Source: an uncultured Methanoregulaceae archaeon
GTDB taxonomy: Archaea; Halobacteriota; Methanomicrobia; Methanomicrobiales; Methanospirillaceae
Direction: 5' to 3'
Assembly: GCA_963717525.1 (NCBI GenBank)
Contig: OY970343.1
Span: 1,984,001 to 2,048,000 of the forward strand
Length of the DNA: 64,000 nt
The notes under the pieces: generated by a model
What the model saw: only the letters and a program-made list of their open reading frames with translations
The model's database searches: none
Told to the model about the DNA's origin: nothing
Translations under genes and position numbers: made by a program
Shown: positions 53,577-64,000 of the stretch, in pieces
Layout: each line of letters starts with the position of its first letter
Position numbering within the stretch: position 1 is the stretch's first letter

Positions 53577-55400
53577 TTACGATACCGGGGCATCGATAAA
53601 TTTTCGCAGCCAGAGCTCGGCGCAGGCAATTCGCCAGAGCTCGGGCGAATAGGCGGATGTACCATTAAGGAATGCCTGGTAATCCCGTGCAACTGCACCC
53701 GCATCCCAGTAAGGCCGGGATCTGGAAACTGCCGGATGAGAAGATCTCGAGCATAAATGGCCGGAGCTCGTCTTTCATCCAGCATTCTTCCGGGGTGACA
53801 AATCCCATCTTGTCCCCCCGGCACCGTACGGACTCGGGAATCCGACCCCGGATGGCCGAGCGCAAGGCGATCTTGGTCACGCCTCCGCGGATCTTCTGCG
53901 AGAGCGGGAGCGATGCGATGTACTCCACCAGCCGCACGTCAAGGTACGGCACCCGGGATTCCAGGGAAAACGCCATCGAGTTCCGGTCCTCGTAATGGAG
54001 GAGCGCCGGGAGGTTGGTAGAGAGGAGCTCGCGGTGCAGGACGGAATCGAGCGTGCCGTTGTACCGGTCGATCCTTTCAAAATTGCATTTCAACAGGTTT
54101 CGCCTCGCCTTACGGATCCGCAATTGCTGCCGGGCGGTAAAGAAGAAGTCCCGGTGTCTCCGGATGCTGCCGGCGATCTCACCAAGCGCCGTCCACCAGT
54201 GAAACGTCCGGATAAGCCCCCGGATGTAACTCCCTTGGTAGCCCAGGTACCCGGCAAGGAGCTCGTCTGCCCCCTGCCCGTCCAGCACCACCTTGGCCTT
54301 TTTCTGTGCAAGCCTCATCACGCAGGTACTGGGCATAGATGGAGAGCGAACCGAACGGCTCGTCCTGCATGTATACTAACCGGTCGATATCCTCACGGAG
54401 CTGGCCCGGTACCGGCTCTGTCCGGTCCGCATCGACGCCGGTTGCGGCAACGACATCGTCGATGTACCGGCTCTCATCGAAATTTCTGTCCGAGAAGACC
54501 ACCGAGAACGTTTTCTGCCGCGCACCCACACTTTCCGGGGCCTCGCTCCTGATGAGGCTGTTTATCATGGCAGTCAGCGCAGAGGAGTCGATCCCCCCCG
54601 AGAGGCAGGTGCCGACGGCCACATCGCTCCTCAGGTGGATCCTGGTCGCCTCAAGGAGCTGTGCCCCAAGGCGTTCTGCGACTGCCTTGTCATTATCGTC
54701 TCCCCGTATCCCCGGGTTCACCTTTACGTCCCAGGTACCGGAACGGGGCCTGTATTTTGCCTTGGGAAACCACAAGGGCATGAGCCGGTTCGATCTGGTA
54801 AATACCCTTAAACATGGTCCGGCTGCAATGGTCCTGCACGCCCCACGCAAGATAGGTACAGAGCATCTTCTCATCCGGGGTGTTCCCGGCATCCGGGTGG
54901 GTGAGCAGGGCCTTGATCTCGGACGCGAACAGGAACGATCCGCCGGCGTCGGTGTAATAGAACGGCTTGATGCCGAACCGATCCCGGGCGCAGAAGAGTT
55001 CCTGTTTTTTCTCGTCCCAGAGTGCGAATGCCCACATGCCGTTGAACCGGGCGAGGCAGTCGTGCCCCCATTCTTCGTAAGCGTGGAGGATCACTTCCGT
55101 GTCGGATTTCGAGTAGAATATATGCCCTTTGTGCACCAGTTCCTCGCGGAGCTCGACGAAATTGTAGATCTCGCCGTTGAAAACCAGCCAGAGGGAGCGG
55201 TCCTCGTTTGTCATCGGCTGGAGGCCGTCGGGGGAGAGATCAATGATGGCGAGCCGCCGGTGGACGAGGCCGGTGCTGCCGCTGACATGCGTGCCCTCGC
55301 CGTCAGGACCGCGATGGACCAGCCTCTCTGACATGGCAGAAAGGAGCCCGCGATCCGGCCTTCCTCCGGCATAGCAATACTGCCCTGCGATCCCGCACAT
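53577..55400 (-). CDS. asnB: glutamine-hydrolysing asparagine synthase family amidotransferase, split by three frameshifts
   Basis: MCGIAG, HRGPD, FNGEIYN, RDRFGIKP, LSGGIDSS, LDGQGADE, EDRNSMAFSLESRVP across three ORFs. Confidence 0.9.
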
Positions 55401-55477
55401 TCGTTTGATCTATAGTCTCTGGGAGGATTAAAAATATGATAGGAGGTCGCGTGCTGTGATTTCATGCGTGTGTGCCG

Positions 55478-55733
55478 GGGTATGGAGGGTGTCGGACGGT
55501 GTACTTCTGCAAAGCATTAAACGGCGCTCCTCAGAAATGTCCATCATAAATTCTCATTACACCTCCATTTTCATAACCCGCACACTCAGGAAAAAAGTGA
55601 CCCGACCCCCTCCGGCCCCTTAGGGATCCGGCCTAGTTCCGGGTTCAGGATTGTACTTTTTTCAGACGATACCAGACCTCCAGGAACAGGAATAGTTCTT
55701 ATCAGGGTATGGAGGGGGTCGGACGGTGTACTT
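55478..55733. repeat. 29-bp direct repeat pair with an inverted partial copy between them
   Basis: GGGTATGGAGGG(T/G)GTCGGACGGTGTACTT at 55478-55506 and 55705-55733; inverted AAGTGACCCGACCCCCTCCGGCCCCT at about 55595-55620. Confidence 0.75.
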
Positions 55734-55871
55734 ATGTGATACCCTGCCGGCCCGGCCCTTCTCACGCGGAAAAAACAGTCTGAACAACAATGAGCGATTT
55801 CGGAAAAATTTCCTGGAAGAAAGAGAGAAAGCCCCCTCTCGTTCAGATGTCTCTTAAAAGAAAAGACGGAT

Positions 55872-56363
55872 TTACTTCTTCTTCCGGACTGCCCCGGCCC
55901 GCTTCTTTGTGCCAGGCTTTTCCTGCACCGATTTTACATCGCAGGGAAAACACTTCTCCAACCGTTCATCGATGACCCGGTAGGCATTGGCGAGCACTGA
56001 GGAGTTTGCGATCATCCCCGAGAGCAGGATCACTTCAAGGATCTCCTCGCGGCTCGCGCCCATCTTGATCGCTGCCTGCATGTGATAGCTCGTGCAGTAC
56101 TGGCATTTCAGGGCCGCACCGACCGCCATGCTGATCAGTTCCACGTACTTGGGGTCGAGCCGGCTGGTCTCGGCCACGGTACCCTTATAGAGGAGGTGGG
56201 AGATGAGAACCTCGGGCCTCTCCCCCATACGTTTGAAGATAAGCGGTACCTTCCCGTACTCCTGTTCGATTACCTTAAGCCATTCCTCGGCCGTAGCATC
56301 GGCACCCTGTTCGACAATCTTCTTGAGCCGGTCTTCAAAATCGTCTTCCTGCCTGCGTCCCAT
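55872..56363 (-). CDS. carboxymuconolactone decarboxylase / AhpD-like protein
   Basis: LDPKYVELISMAVGAALKCQYCTSYH, GASREEILE. Confidence 0.88.
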   Translation of the reverse strand: MGRRQEDDFEDRLKKIVEQGADATAEEWLKVIEQEYGKVPLIFKRMGERPEVLISHLLYKGTVAETSRLDPKYVELISMAVGAALKCQYCTSYHMQAAIKMGASREEILEVILLSGMIANSSVLANAYRVIDERLEKCFPCDVKSVQEKPGTKKRAGAVRKKK

Positions 56364-56372
56364 GGTATCCTC

Positions 56373-57311
56373 CTATATCACCGTGTTTGTCTCCGAGAAC
56401 GGCCTGACTTTCAGGATGATGTAATCCCGCATGCGCGAAGGTTCGATGTCCGCGATGTCGCCAATCGTAATCCCATCCTCGATCTCGGTCTTCCGGAGCA
56501 CCTCTGCGAAGGGATCGTACGGCAGTTTCACCCGGAGCCCCGACATCTGCACCGTGAGCGGGGTCGGCGAGGTTACGTCAAGAATGGCCGGCACCCGCTC
56601 CCGGATCACGTCCATGAGCCGGGCCGGTGAAACGGAGAGGGGATCTTTTGCGAGTTCCTCCCGCCGCTTTTCGAGGACGTGGGTGATCTCCGTGACGATC
56701 TCGTCAAGCTTGGTGAGTTCCTCGGACTCCTTGGTGCGGTGCATGAACCGGCCGACGTTTCCCACGTACCCGTCCACCTTCGGTTCCACGATACGCTGGA
56801 GCACCTCCTTGTCCGGGCCGCCGCAGAGCACGACCGGGACTTCGATCCCCCGGAGGAGCACCGGCATCTTGTGCTCAATGCAGTGCTCAAAGTTCCCGAG
56901 CAGGTACACGGCAATATCATGCTCATTGATGACGTCGCGTTCCTCATCGTTGATCCCGGCGATCCGTTTTCCCACGCCCCGGGCCATCCCGACCATGTTG
57001 CTCTTGGCACCCAGCCGGCGCACGTACTCCGCGATATCGCAGGAGGGATGCGGCAGGTGGTGGATCTCAAGGCTCATGCTCACAACGGCTATCTCGGTCC
57101 CGACCAGGGGCGAATCGATCACTTCCCCGGCAAGCGGTTTCCCGATCGCCCGGATCAGATCCACGTCGTCCTTTGGCACGAAGCACTGGAGCACGACTTC
57201 CTGCGCGATCATATGCTTCTGGACGATGTACCCCCCCAGATCCTCGATAAGATCGATGATCTCGTTGTGCCGGTACACCCCCCCCCTGTACGTGATCGGG
57301 ACAAGGATCAT
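56373..57311 (-). CDS. mmp7: methanogenesis marker protein 7
   Basis: YRGGVYRH, IEDLGGY, HHLPHPSCDIAEY. Confidence 0.88.
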   Translation of the reverse strand: MILVPITYRGGVYRHNEIIDLIEDLGGYIVQKHMIAQEVVLQCFVPKDDVDLIRAIGKPLAGEVIDSPLVGTEIAVVSMSLEIHHLPHPSCDIAEYVRRLGAKSNMVGMARGVGKRIAGINDEERDVINEHDIAVYLLGNFEHCIEHKMPVLLRGIEVPVVLCGGPDKEVLQRIVEPKVDGYVGNVGRFMHRTKESEELTKLDEIVTEITHVLEKRREELAKDPLSVSPARLMDVIRERVPAILDVTSPTPLTVQMSGLRVKLPYDPFAEVLRKTEIEDGITIGDIADIEPSRMRDYIILKVRPFSETNTVI

Positions 57312-57889
57312 GGCGTCTCTCCCATGAGCGCAAACTTCTCTTTCACAAGTGCAAGGCGGTCCTCGGTCAGCATATCCTCGCTTGCCACAAACGAGAACTT
57401 CTCAGCCCCGTAGTTCTCGCTCCTGACCCGGAACCCCTCGGGACAGATGCACCGGAGGGCGTAGACAAGGTCTTTATACAGTGCCTGGCTGGGGTCAGCG
57501 ACAGCCATCTCCTCGATCTCTTTTGCTCCGGTCGCCACGCCGGTCAGGATGACCGTGAACCGGTCCGGCTGGTCGACATGGTCTTTGCCGAACCGGTCCC
57601 AGAACAGCTTGAGCATCGGCGCGAGGTAGGTCTCGTCCGAGATCGCAAGCGTCATCTTCCCTTCCTGTGGGTTGACGTTTGCGATGTCACCCACCCGTAC
57701 CAGGGTGGTGACTTTTTTGAGGACACCCACAGCGACAAAGATGGGGATTTTCGGGTCGATGTAGATATGGATCTTGTGGATCACCCGCAGGAGGTTATGA
57801 TCGAGGAGCACGTCGTTTGCGATCTGCCGGTAGTACTCACCGCCCAGTTTCTCCGTGCACTCCACTTCAAAGTACTCAATGGCCTGCAT
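57308..57889 (-). CDS. mmp17: methanogenesis marker protein 17
   Basis: EVEC, DETY, DQPDRF, PEGFRVR, FVASE; operon position. Confidence 0.85.
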   Translation of the reverse strand: MQAIEYFEVECTEKLGGEYYRQIANDVLLDHNLLRVIHKIHIYIDPKIPIFVAVGVLKKVTTLVRVGDIANVNPQEGKMTLAISDETYLAPMLKLFWDRFGKDHVDQPDRFTVILTGVATGAKEIEEMAVADPSQALYKDLVYALRCICPEGFRVRSENYGAEKFSFVASEDMLTEDRLALVKEKFALMGETP

Positions 57890-59129
57890 CTGTCCCGTCC
57901 CTGATAAACCCTGATGCCAGCAAAGCCGAACCGACCGCACCGATGTACTGTGAATGCGGCGGGACGACAATTTTGATCTTGAGGAGTTCTCCCATCGCGT
58001 GCACCAGCCCCTCGATGAGGGAGGTGCCGCCGACCATGATCACGGGCTCCTTGATATCCACTTCCTGGAGCTGCTGCTCGAAGACCTGCTCGGCAACGCT
58101 GTGGCAGGCCGCTGCCGCCACATCCTCCCGGGTGCTGCCGGCAGCGAGGGCGTTCACGAGGCTCTGGGTACCGAACACGATACAGTAACTGTTCATGGGC
58201 ACCCGGCCACCCATGCCTTTCATCGCAAGCGGCCCGAGTTCCGTGATATCGACACCGAGACGCTTTGCGGTCATCTCCAGGAACCGGCCGCTCGCACCGG
58301 CGCAGATACCGCCCATCGTGAAGGTGCCCGGGATACCGTCCATGACCGTGATCGCCTTGTTGTCCATCCCGCCGATATCGATCACGGTGGCCGGCCCGTG
58401 CTGCTTGCCGGCAAGGTACACCGCCCCTTTGGAGTTCACGGTCAGCTCCTCCTGGATCAGATCGGCGTTGAAATCTTTTCCGACCAGAAAACGCCCGTAG
58501 CCGGTGGTGCCGATCGCCTGGACATCTTCAAGTTTCATTCCCGCCTCGGCAAGAGCGTGGTCGACTACCTCCCGTGCGCACTTAAGCACCTCGGTCGTCG
58601 GCTGCCATCCGGTGCCGATGATCTTGTTGTCCTTCATCAGGATGGCCTTGGTGGTCGAAGAGCCGGAGTCGATTCCGAGCGTGATCCCTTCCTGAACCTC
58701 CCGGGCCAGAAGCGCCCTTCTCCGGGCAATGGTCGTGAGCGCTTCCATGCGGGTGAGGAGCGTACCTGCGGTTGTGCGCTCGGTAAACGAGTAACTGACG
58801 ACCGGGAGTTTCGAATGTTCGAGGATATAGCGCCTGAGTTCGTTCCGTACGATCGCGGCCTCGGCACATCGGAAACAGGTCGCAATAAAAACTGCGTCAG
58901 CCTCCACCCTGCCGTCGACCAGCGCCATCGCTCGCGATATGGCGAGTTTCAGGTCGGGACTCCTGACCTCAAGGCCGAACCCGTTAAAATCCCGCATGAT
59001 ATCCTTGAGCGCGACATCAGGGTAGAAGATCTCGCCGTTCACGGATTTTGCGGCTGCGTTAATTTCCTCCTGAACGCCCGAGTAGTCCGGGCCGCAGGAG
59101 AGTTGGGCGATGCGTACCGGAGCGGTCAT
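57876..59129 (-). CDS. mmp15: methanogenesis marker protein 15 (ASKHA activase-like ATPase)
   Basis: [48 protein letters not shown]. Confidence 0.9.
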   Translation of the reverse strand: MTAPVRIAQLSCGPDYSGVQEEINAAAKSVNGEIFYPDVALKDIMRDFNGFGLEVRSPDLKLAISRAMALVDGRVEADAVFIATCFRCAEAAIVRNELRRYILEHSKLPVVSYSFTERTTAGTLLTRMEALTTIARRRALLAREVQEGITLGIDSGSSTTKAILMKDNKIIGTGWQPTTEVLKCAREVVDHALAEAGMKLEDVQAIGTTGYGRFLVGKDFNADLIQEELTVNSKGAVYLAGKQHGPATVIDIGGMDNKAITVMDGIPGTFTMGGICAGASGRFLEMTAKRLGVDITELGPLAMKGMGGRVPMNSYCIVFGTQSLVNALAAGSTREDVAAAACHSVAEQVFEQQLQEVDIKEPVIMVGGTSLIEGLVHAMGELLKIKIVVPPHSQYIGAVGSALLASGFIRDGTDAGH

Positions 59130-59572
59130 GGTTTTCCTCCAAGATCGGTCAGGAACCGTTTGATCGCGGCGACAAACTGCGTCCCCTCTTCTTCGTTTTT
59201 CGGGTACTCCAGCTCAAGTTTCGGCATGTCCTTTTGCCGGATCAAAAACTTCAGGAGCTCGTTTGTCCGTGCGCAGCCCATGCAGCCGAACGCGAGGTCG
59301 GCATTGTTGATGATGATCGCAGCGTCGCACTTCTCCACCATCGGGCCGTACAGGGACATGCGCCCCCGGACGCCGCTCGGGACTTCGACCGCCGCCCAGC
59401 GGAGCCCCTTCTTGGGTTCTTCCGGGGTTATCTGGAGCGGTATGGATTCAAGCCCGGCAGTCTGGACGCGTTCCCGGATGGCGATTGCCGCACCAAGAGG
59501 GGTGTGCCCGAACCGGGTCACCATATCGGAAAGGATCAGGCTCGTTGCAGGGTAGATGAATATTTTTGCCAT
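59126..59572 (-). CDS. mmp5: methanogenesis marker protein 5
   Basis: [27 protein letters not shown]. Confidence 0.9.
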   Translation of the reverse strand: MAKIFIYPATSLILSDMVTRFGHTPLGAAIAIRERVQTAGLESIPLQITPEEPKKGLRWAAVEVPSGVRGRMSLYGPMVEKCDAAIIINNADLAFGCMGCARTNELLKFLIRQKDMPKLELEYPKNEEEGTQFVAAIKRFLTDLGGKP

Positions 59573-59574
59573 GG

Positions 59575-60033
59575 TCAGGGCTCCTGTGCATCGATCATTT
59601 TCTTTAAGCGGTAGACGTCAAGCCGGGGCAGTGCCAGATCGGACTGCGGCACCGGCACGGTCGCGGCATCCCGGGAATCAAGTTCTTCGAGGGCATGGGA
59701 GATATACGGGAGGATGGTCATCTCGAACTCGATCCCGTGGAACCCGGGCCGTGCTCCCCCGAGCGTTGCCCGGCACCTCCGGGCATCGCCGGGCGGAAAG
59801 CCGCGGTCTTTTACAAAGATATGGGCCGGGTCCATCTTCCTGACCTCGGCAATCACACGGTTGACATCTTCTTCCTTTCCCATGATGACCAGGCCGAAAC
59901 AGTTCTCCTTGATCATAACGCCTTTTGCCACTTCGTACGCCCGGATCGCAACATCCGCCGGGGTCACCGTATACGATTCTACCACCACGTACCGGGTCAC
60001 GGTCCCGACGTTTGCCGGGGTGTAGTCAGTCAT
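59575..60033 (-). CDS. mmp6: methanogenesis marker protein 6
   Basis: IKENCFG, KDRGFPPGDARRCRA, RPGFH. Confidence 0.88.
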   Translation of the reverse strand: MTDYTPANVGTVTRYVVVESYTVTPADVAIRAYEVAKGVMIKENCFGLVIMGKEEDVNRVIAEVRKMDPAHIFVKDRGFPPGDARRCRATLGGARPGFHGIEFEMTILPYISHALEELDSRDAATVPVPQSDLALPRLDVYRLKKMIDAQEP

Positions 60034-61556
60034 TGTTTCACCTCGCGGATATACACCGTCTGCCGCTCCTTCACTTTTTTGAGTTTGTCCGTTTCGATCA
60101 CCCGCCCGATGATATTGGTGCCTTCAAACGGTTCCGAGGTTGGGCCGAACTCCCGGTTTGCTGATAACCGTACCCCCACAAGGCCCGCCCCCTTGCGCGC
60201 ATCGTTCGTGATCGCAAGGGCTGCGGCCGGGACCTCCCCGACCGGACAGTTCTCGGGATAGATCTTGACGGTCGTCGGGATTTTGGGCTTGAAGAGATAC
60301 ACATCGTCGAAGATAAAGAATGCCGGCATCATGCCGGCATCGTGCTCGGCAAGCCCGGTGATATGGCGGAACACCTCGCAGCTCAGGGGCGCCCGTGCAT
60401 CATCGAGCACGATATCGATTACCTGTTCGAAGGGTGCCGTCGTTACCTTTGCCGACTTTTCGGCGAGCACATCCAGCGTCGTCCCCGGTTCCTGCGATAC
60501 GACGATCCGGTCTTTTTTGTCGGTGTCGATCGCAAGGGAAATCCCCCGGTCTGCCGCCACCTTCTTTGCCTCTTCGAGAGGCAGGCCAAGGAGATCGATA
60601 CGCGAGGGGACGACCCGGAGGGAGAGAACGTCGCCTTCTTTTGCAAGTTTTACGAGTTCGATCCCGTGCACGACCTGCCCGACCACACTGTGGGCCGGGC
60701 TGCTGGGAACATCCGCCCGGTAGATATACACGCCGCCGACTGAAGGTCCGCCAGTACGAACGGTGACCGTTCCCTCGCGCCGGGGGCGCTTAAACTGCGC
60801 CGGCACATCGGTGCCGACAAGTTTCCGGTCAAGGATATGGGTGCTCGTGGCCCGCCCTACGGTAAATGTTCCGGACTCGAGGGCAATAAGCAGGTGCTCG
60901 ACGCTGCCGGCCGCCTCGGTCGTGATCTTGTTCGGACTGTACCCCTGCGCTGTCACCTCAACGCGAGTCACGATAAGCATCCCGTCTTCCACGACAAGGC
61001 CGGGGTCGGTAGTGGTAAATGACCGGCTGGTATCGGCCCAGCTGATCACCGGTTCAACTTTTGTTACCCGGTCACCGCCCTCCCATCGGTCGAGAACGGC
61101 TTTCCCGCTCACGACACGGCCGACAACGCCGCCGGTCTCATCAGCACCATGGTCCGCAACATGCCGGCTTTTGGAAAAGATGAGGTACGAGATCTTGGGG
61201 TCGTACCCGCCGCACCCGAGAATGACGTCCCCCCTCTCGTAAAGCCGGGGTTTGCGCAACGGGCGGATGCCGGAAGGAAACGGCCCGAACGCAGCCGCGT
61301 ACCGGTCCGTCCAGTGCAGGGTGAGACTGATTGCCGCATCCGGGTGGTCGAGCACATCCACTGCAATACCGGCGAGCTCGATAGTGATCTCACCGGAGGT
61401 CGTAGTGACCGTGATGCTCTCGGTCTTCTCCTGTTCCTTCGTTGCAGGCCGGATAATGGCGACGGCGCATCCTTTGGGGTGTTCCGGGATGAGGGAGAGA
61501 AGCGTGCTCCCCTCGCTTACTGTGCGGAGTTCCCCGTCAAGGTGGATAGGGATCAT
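60030..61556 (-). CDS. mmp3: methanogenesis marker protein 3 (cyclophilin-like domains)
   Basis: AFGPF, GTVTVRT, YIYR, ITNDARKGAGLVGVRL, FGPTSEPFEGTNIIG. Confidence 0.88.
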   Translation of the reverse strand: MIPIHLDGELRTVSEGSTLLSLIPEHPKGCAVAIIRPATKEQEKTESITVTTTSGEITIELAGIAVDVLDHPDAAISLTLHWTDRYAAAFGPFPSGIRPLRKPRLYERGDVILGCGGYDPKISYLIFSKSRHVADHGADETGGVVGRVVSGKAVLDRWEGGDRVTKVEPVISWADTSRSFTTTDPGLVVEDGMLIVTRVEVTAQGYSPNKITTEAAGSVEHLLIALESGTFTVGRATSTHILDRKLVGTDVPAQFKRPRREGTVTVRTGGPSVGGVYIYRADVPSSPAHSVVGQVVHGIELVKLAKEGDVLSLRVVPSRIDLLGLPLEEAKKVAADRGISLAIDTDKKDRIVVSQEPGTTLDVLAEKSAKVTTAPFEQVIDIVLDDARAPLSCEVFRHITGLAEHDAGMMPAFFIFDDVYLFKPKIPTTVKIYPENCPVGEVPAAALAITNDARKGAGLVGVRLSANREFGPTSEPFEGTNIIGRVIETDKLKKVKERQTVYIREVKQ

Positions 61557-61566
61557 GGGCGCCTCT

Positions 61567-63186
61567 TCAGGCGGGAGGCTGGCTCTGGCTCATGATCTTG
61601 CGTTCATCCTCGGTCAGGTGCGCGAGTACGTCTGCGGTCTTTCCTGTCTCGACAATCTTGCCTCCCCGCATCAGGGCAAGCCGGTCGCAGATGTCCCGTA
61701 CGAACTCCATATCGTGAGAGACCACGATGAAGGTCTCGTCAATATCGTCCCGGGAATGCATGATGGAATGCTTGACGTCGATTTTGGTAATCGGATCCAT
61801 GGTGCCCGTGGGCTCGTCAAGGATCACGATCTTGGGCTCCCGGATCAGCACCTGCGCGAGAGCGACCCGGTGGCGCTCGCCCTCAGAGAGCTGGCTTGGC
61901 ATCCGGTCGAGGATCTCCTTGCTCTTCTCCTCGGAAAACCCGGCCATCTTCAAGGTGACAATGGCCTTTCGCATGGCGAGCTCCTTGGGGAACTCGAGGC
62001 CTATCGCATCGGTCAGGTTATCGAGCACCGTGCGGTGCGGGTAGAGGTCGTACTCCTGGTGCAGCAGGCCGATATATTCCTTGGCCCGGCCCCGCTCCTC
62101 GACGCCGGGTTTGGTCATGTCTACCCATTCCTCGCCGATCTTAATGTTGATCTCCCCGCTCGTGGGTTCGATGAGGCCGGCGATGATCCTCGACAGTGTG
62201 GTTTTCCCTGCCCCGCTCTTTCCGATGATGCCGAAGATCTCCTTTGTGTACACATCGAAAGTGACGCCGTTGACGGCCTTGACCACGCCCCGGTCGACCG
62301 AGATATAGCGCTTGACCAGATCCCGCGCCCCGACAATCTTCTCGCCCGCCTCCGCGTGTTCGAAGGTTTCGGTGTCGTCGCAGCCTTTCATGAACTCACC
62401 TATCACGTCCCTGGGCGCTCCGATCTTTGCGATTACGCCATCGGCCAGAAGGATGGCACGGCTTGCCACATCTTCGATCACCTGCGAGAAGTGGGACGTC
62501 ACCACCATGCCCATGTTATTGGTCTTTGCCGCTTCGGTAAGCATTGAGTGGACGATCTTTGCGGTCCCGGGATCCAGCGTGCCGGTCGGTTCATCGGCAA
62601 AAAGCAGGAACGGCTCTTTTGCCAGCTGCCGGGCAAGCACCACGCGCTGTTTCTCGCCTCCCGAGAGGTCGCGGGCGATATGCATCATACGGTGGGAGAG
62701 CCGGACCTGGTCGATAAGATCGGCAGCACGGTTGATGGCCTTCTCCGGCGGATAATCGATGTCATCGAGTGCATGAAGGACATTCTCGATCACGCGGTCG
62801 TCTCCGTAGAGGGCAAAGGTCCGCTGGAACATAATCGCGGTCCTCCGCATTACCCGCCGCTTCAACATCTCGTTTGTCTCGTTCCAGAGATCCACATCGA
62901 GTGCCGCAAGTATGGCGCCGCAATGAGGGCAGGGCTTCCCGGCCGAGCTTGCAACGTCCATGTAGTCGCAGGAGGGACAGGCTGAAACGTGGTAGATGAT
63001 CCTGCCACTCGTGGGCGGCTGTTCCACCCCACGCATAAGGTGCATCAGGACGGTCTTGCCGGCGCCGCTCCTTCCTATGATCCCCAGGATCTCCCCTTCG
63101 GCAATCTCAAAAGAAATATTTCTGAGCGTATGCGTGCCGTCAAAATCCATGCAGATGTTGTCGACCGTGATCAATGGAGCCTTCAT
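61567..63186 (-). CDS. atwA: methyl-coenzyme M reductase system component A2 (dual ABC ATPase with Zn motif)
   Basis: GRSGAGKT and GKSGAGKT, CPSC/CPHC, LSGGEKQR, LSEGERHR, DEPTGT twice. Confidence 0.95.
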   Translation of the reverse strand: MKAPLITVDNICMDFDGTHTLRNISFEIAEGEILGIIGRSGAGKTVLMHLMRGVEQPPTSGRIIYHVSACPSCDYMDVASSAGKPCPHCGAILAALDVDLWNETNEMLKRRVMRRTAIMFQRTFALYGDDRVIENVLHALDDIDYPPEKAINRAADLIDQVRLSHRMMHIARDLSGGEKQRVVLARQLAKEPFLLFADEPTGTLDPGTAKIVHSMLTEAAKTNNMGMVVTSHFSQVIEDVASRAILLADGVIAKIGAPRDVIGEFMKGCDDTETFEHAEAGEKIVGARDLVKRYISVDRGVVKAVNGVTFDVYTKEIFGIIGKSGAGKTTLSRIIAGLIEPTSGEINIKIGEEWVDMTKPGVEERGRAKEYIGLLHQEYDLYPHRTVLDNLTDAIGLEFPKELAMRKAIVTLKMAGFSEEKSKEILDRMPSQLSEGERHRVALAQVLIREPKIVILDEPTGTMDPITKIDVKHSIMHSRDDIDETFIVVSHDMEFVRDICDRLALMRGGKIVETGKTADVLAHLTEDERKIMSQSQPPA

Positions 63187-63248
63187 AATTCCCTTGTAAC
63201 TAATGTGGTACTGGGGTTTTATTACCTTTTATATCATGCACGCTGCCG

Positions 63249-64000
63249 TCACGATCGGGAAGTGGCGGGGTGCTCAAGGAGGGATCCTACGATAGGCAGC
63301 ACGTCACGAACGTGGCTGATCACGTAGTCGGCAGCGCTGAAGAGCTCCTCAGGGCGGCTGCCTGCCTGCTGCACGGTGAGAATGGCGGTGTCGGCTTTCC
63401 TGAACGCACCCCGGTCGTTGATGCCGTCTCCGACCATAACCACATGGTCGTACTCGTTTTTGAGGTCCGAGACGATCTGCGCCTTGACCGACGGGGTCGC
63501 CACCCCGAAGACCCGGTCGCGGGGAATGCCGAGGTGATCGGCCATGATCTCCAGTTTTGTCGAACGGTCGCCGGACGCGATAAACGTGGGTACGCCCATC
63601 CGGTGCAGGGCGGTTATCGTCTCCTTTGCCCCCTCAAACGGCCAGCCTCCCGCCGTGATGGTGAACTCGATGGATTTCTGTGCCATGTTGAGGATGGCCC
63701 CGCTGTTGAGCGTGAGCATGTTCTCCTCCCTGCAGATGCCCCAGACGTTGCGGATGCATTCCTGGAGATCGCCAACCCGCGCCCGGGTGTCGGCGTACAG
63801 CATATCCCCGATATCCTCGGCAGTAATGATCTTCCGGGTACAGCTGATCCCAAAGCCGACCTGGTTTTCGGTAAGGTAGGCGGAGAGCAGCATCTCCGGG
63901 GGAGCGTTGATGATATGCTTGGAATGGACCGGAATGACGATCAGGACACGTTCCATCGACGCGAAGGTGAGGGTCGTCGTCTCGATTGCGGGCATCAGGA
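63249..64000 (-). CDS. HAD-superfamily hydrolase (soluble P-type-ATPase-like), 5' end outside the window
   Basis: IASGD, K, MVGDGIND motifs; frame appears to stay open to the window edge. Confidence 0.8.
   Translation of the reverse strand, partial: LMPAIETTTLTFASMERVLIVIPVHSKHIINAPPEMLLSAYLTENQVGFGISCTRKIITAEDIGDMLYADTRARVGDLQECIRNVWGICREENMLTLNSGAILNMAQKSIEFTITAGGWPFEGAKETITALHRMGVPTFIASGDRSTKLEIMADHLGIPRDRVFGVATPSVKAQIVSDLKNEYDHVVMVGDGINDRGAFRKADTAILTVQQAGSRPEELFSAADYVISHVRDVLPIVGSLLEHPATSRS

Noticed and set aside
53577..55400. asnB, tyrS, nrdJ and the aminotransferase as true pseudogenes
   Set aside because: All motifs are intact, lesions are single-base indels only, and tyrS is normally essential; sequencing error is more parsimonious
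55478..55733. CRISPR mini-array
   Set aside because: Only two direct copies with about 198 bp between them and no cas genes
57954..59555. 533-aa plus-strand ORF (and similar ones at 6447-7640 and 61252-62547)
   Set aside because: Antisense shadows of mmp15/mmp5, echE and atwA

Overview
Chromosomal window of a hydrogenotrophic methanogen. Gene content and protein style suggest Methanomicrobiales, probably Methanoregula-like (inference). Main blocks: (1) an accessory region at 0.3-6.1 kb with an HTH regulator/membrane-protein pair and its palindromic operator, a histidine kinase, GC-rich intergenic repeats, DUF1801 and an AT-rich tandem-domain nuclease-like ORF; (2) the echABCDEF hydrogenase operon divergent from a K+-independent H+-pyrophosphatase; (3) class II ribonucleotide reductase and redox/stress genes, aquaporin and a lipoprotein serpin; (4) a purA-trm112-cbiB-pdxST operon; (5) cdc6/orc1 with an upstream replication origin carrying three ORB elements; (6) hel308-cgi121, KH-RIO1-tyrS-gap-tsr3; (7) a lower-GC surface glycosylation cluster; (8) manC and asnB; (9) the methanogenesis-marker/MCR-activation operon (atwA, mmp3/6/5/15/17/7). 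No rRNA, tRNA, CRISPR array or transposase was recognised. Seven genes carry single-base frameshifts, many at GTAC or AGCT sites, which suggests methylation-linked sequencing errors rather than true pseudogenes. The best novelty candidates are the active/inactive tandem PD-(D/E)xK protein, the DUF523-N-glycosidase fusion, the flippase-methyltransferase fusion and the HTH/membrane-protein regulatory pair. All family calls come from motif recognition by eye; no database searches were run.
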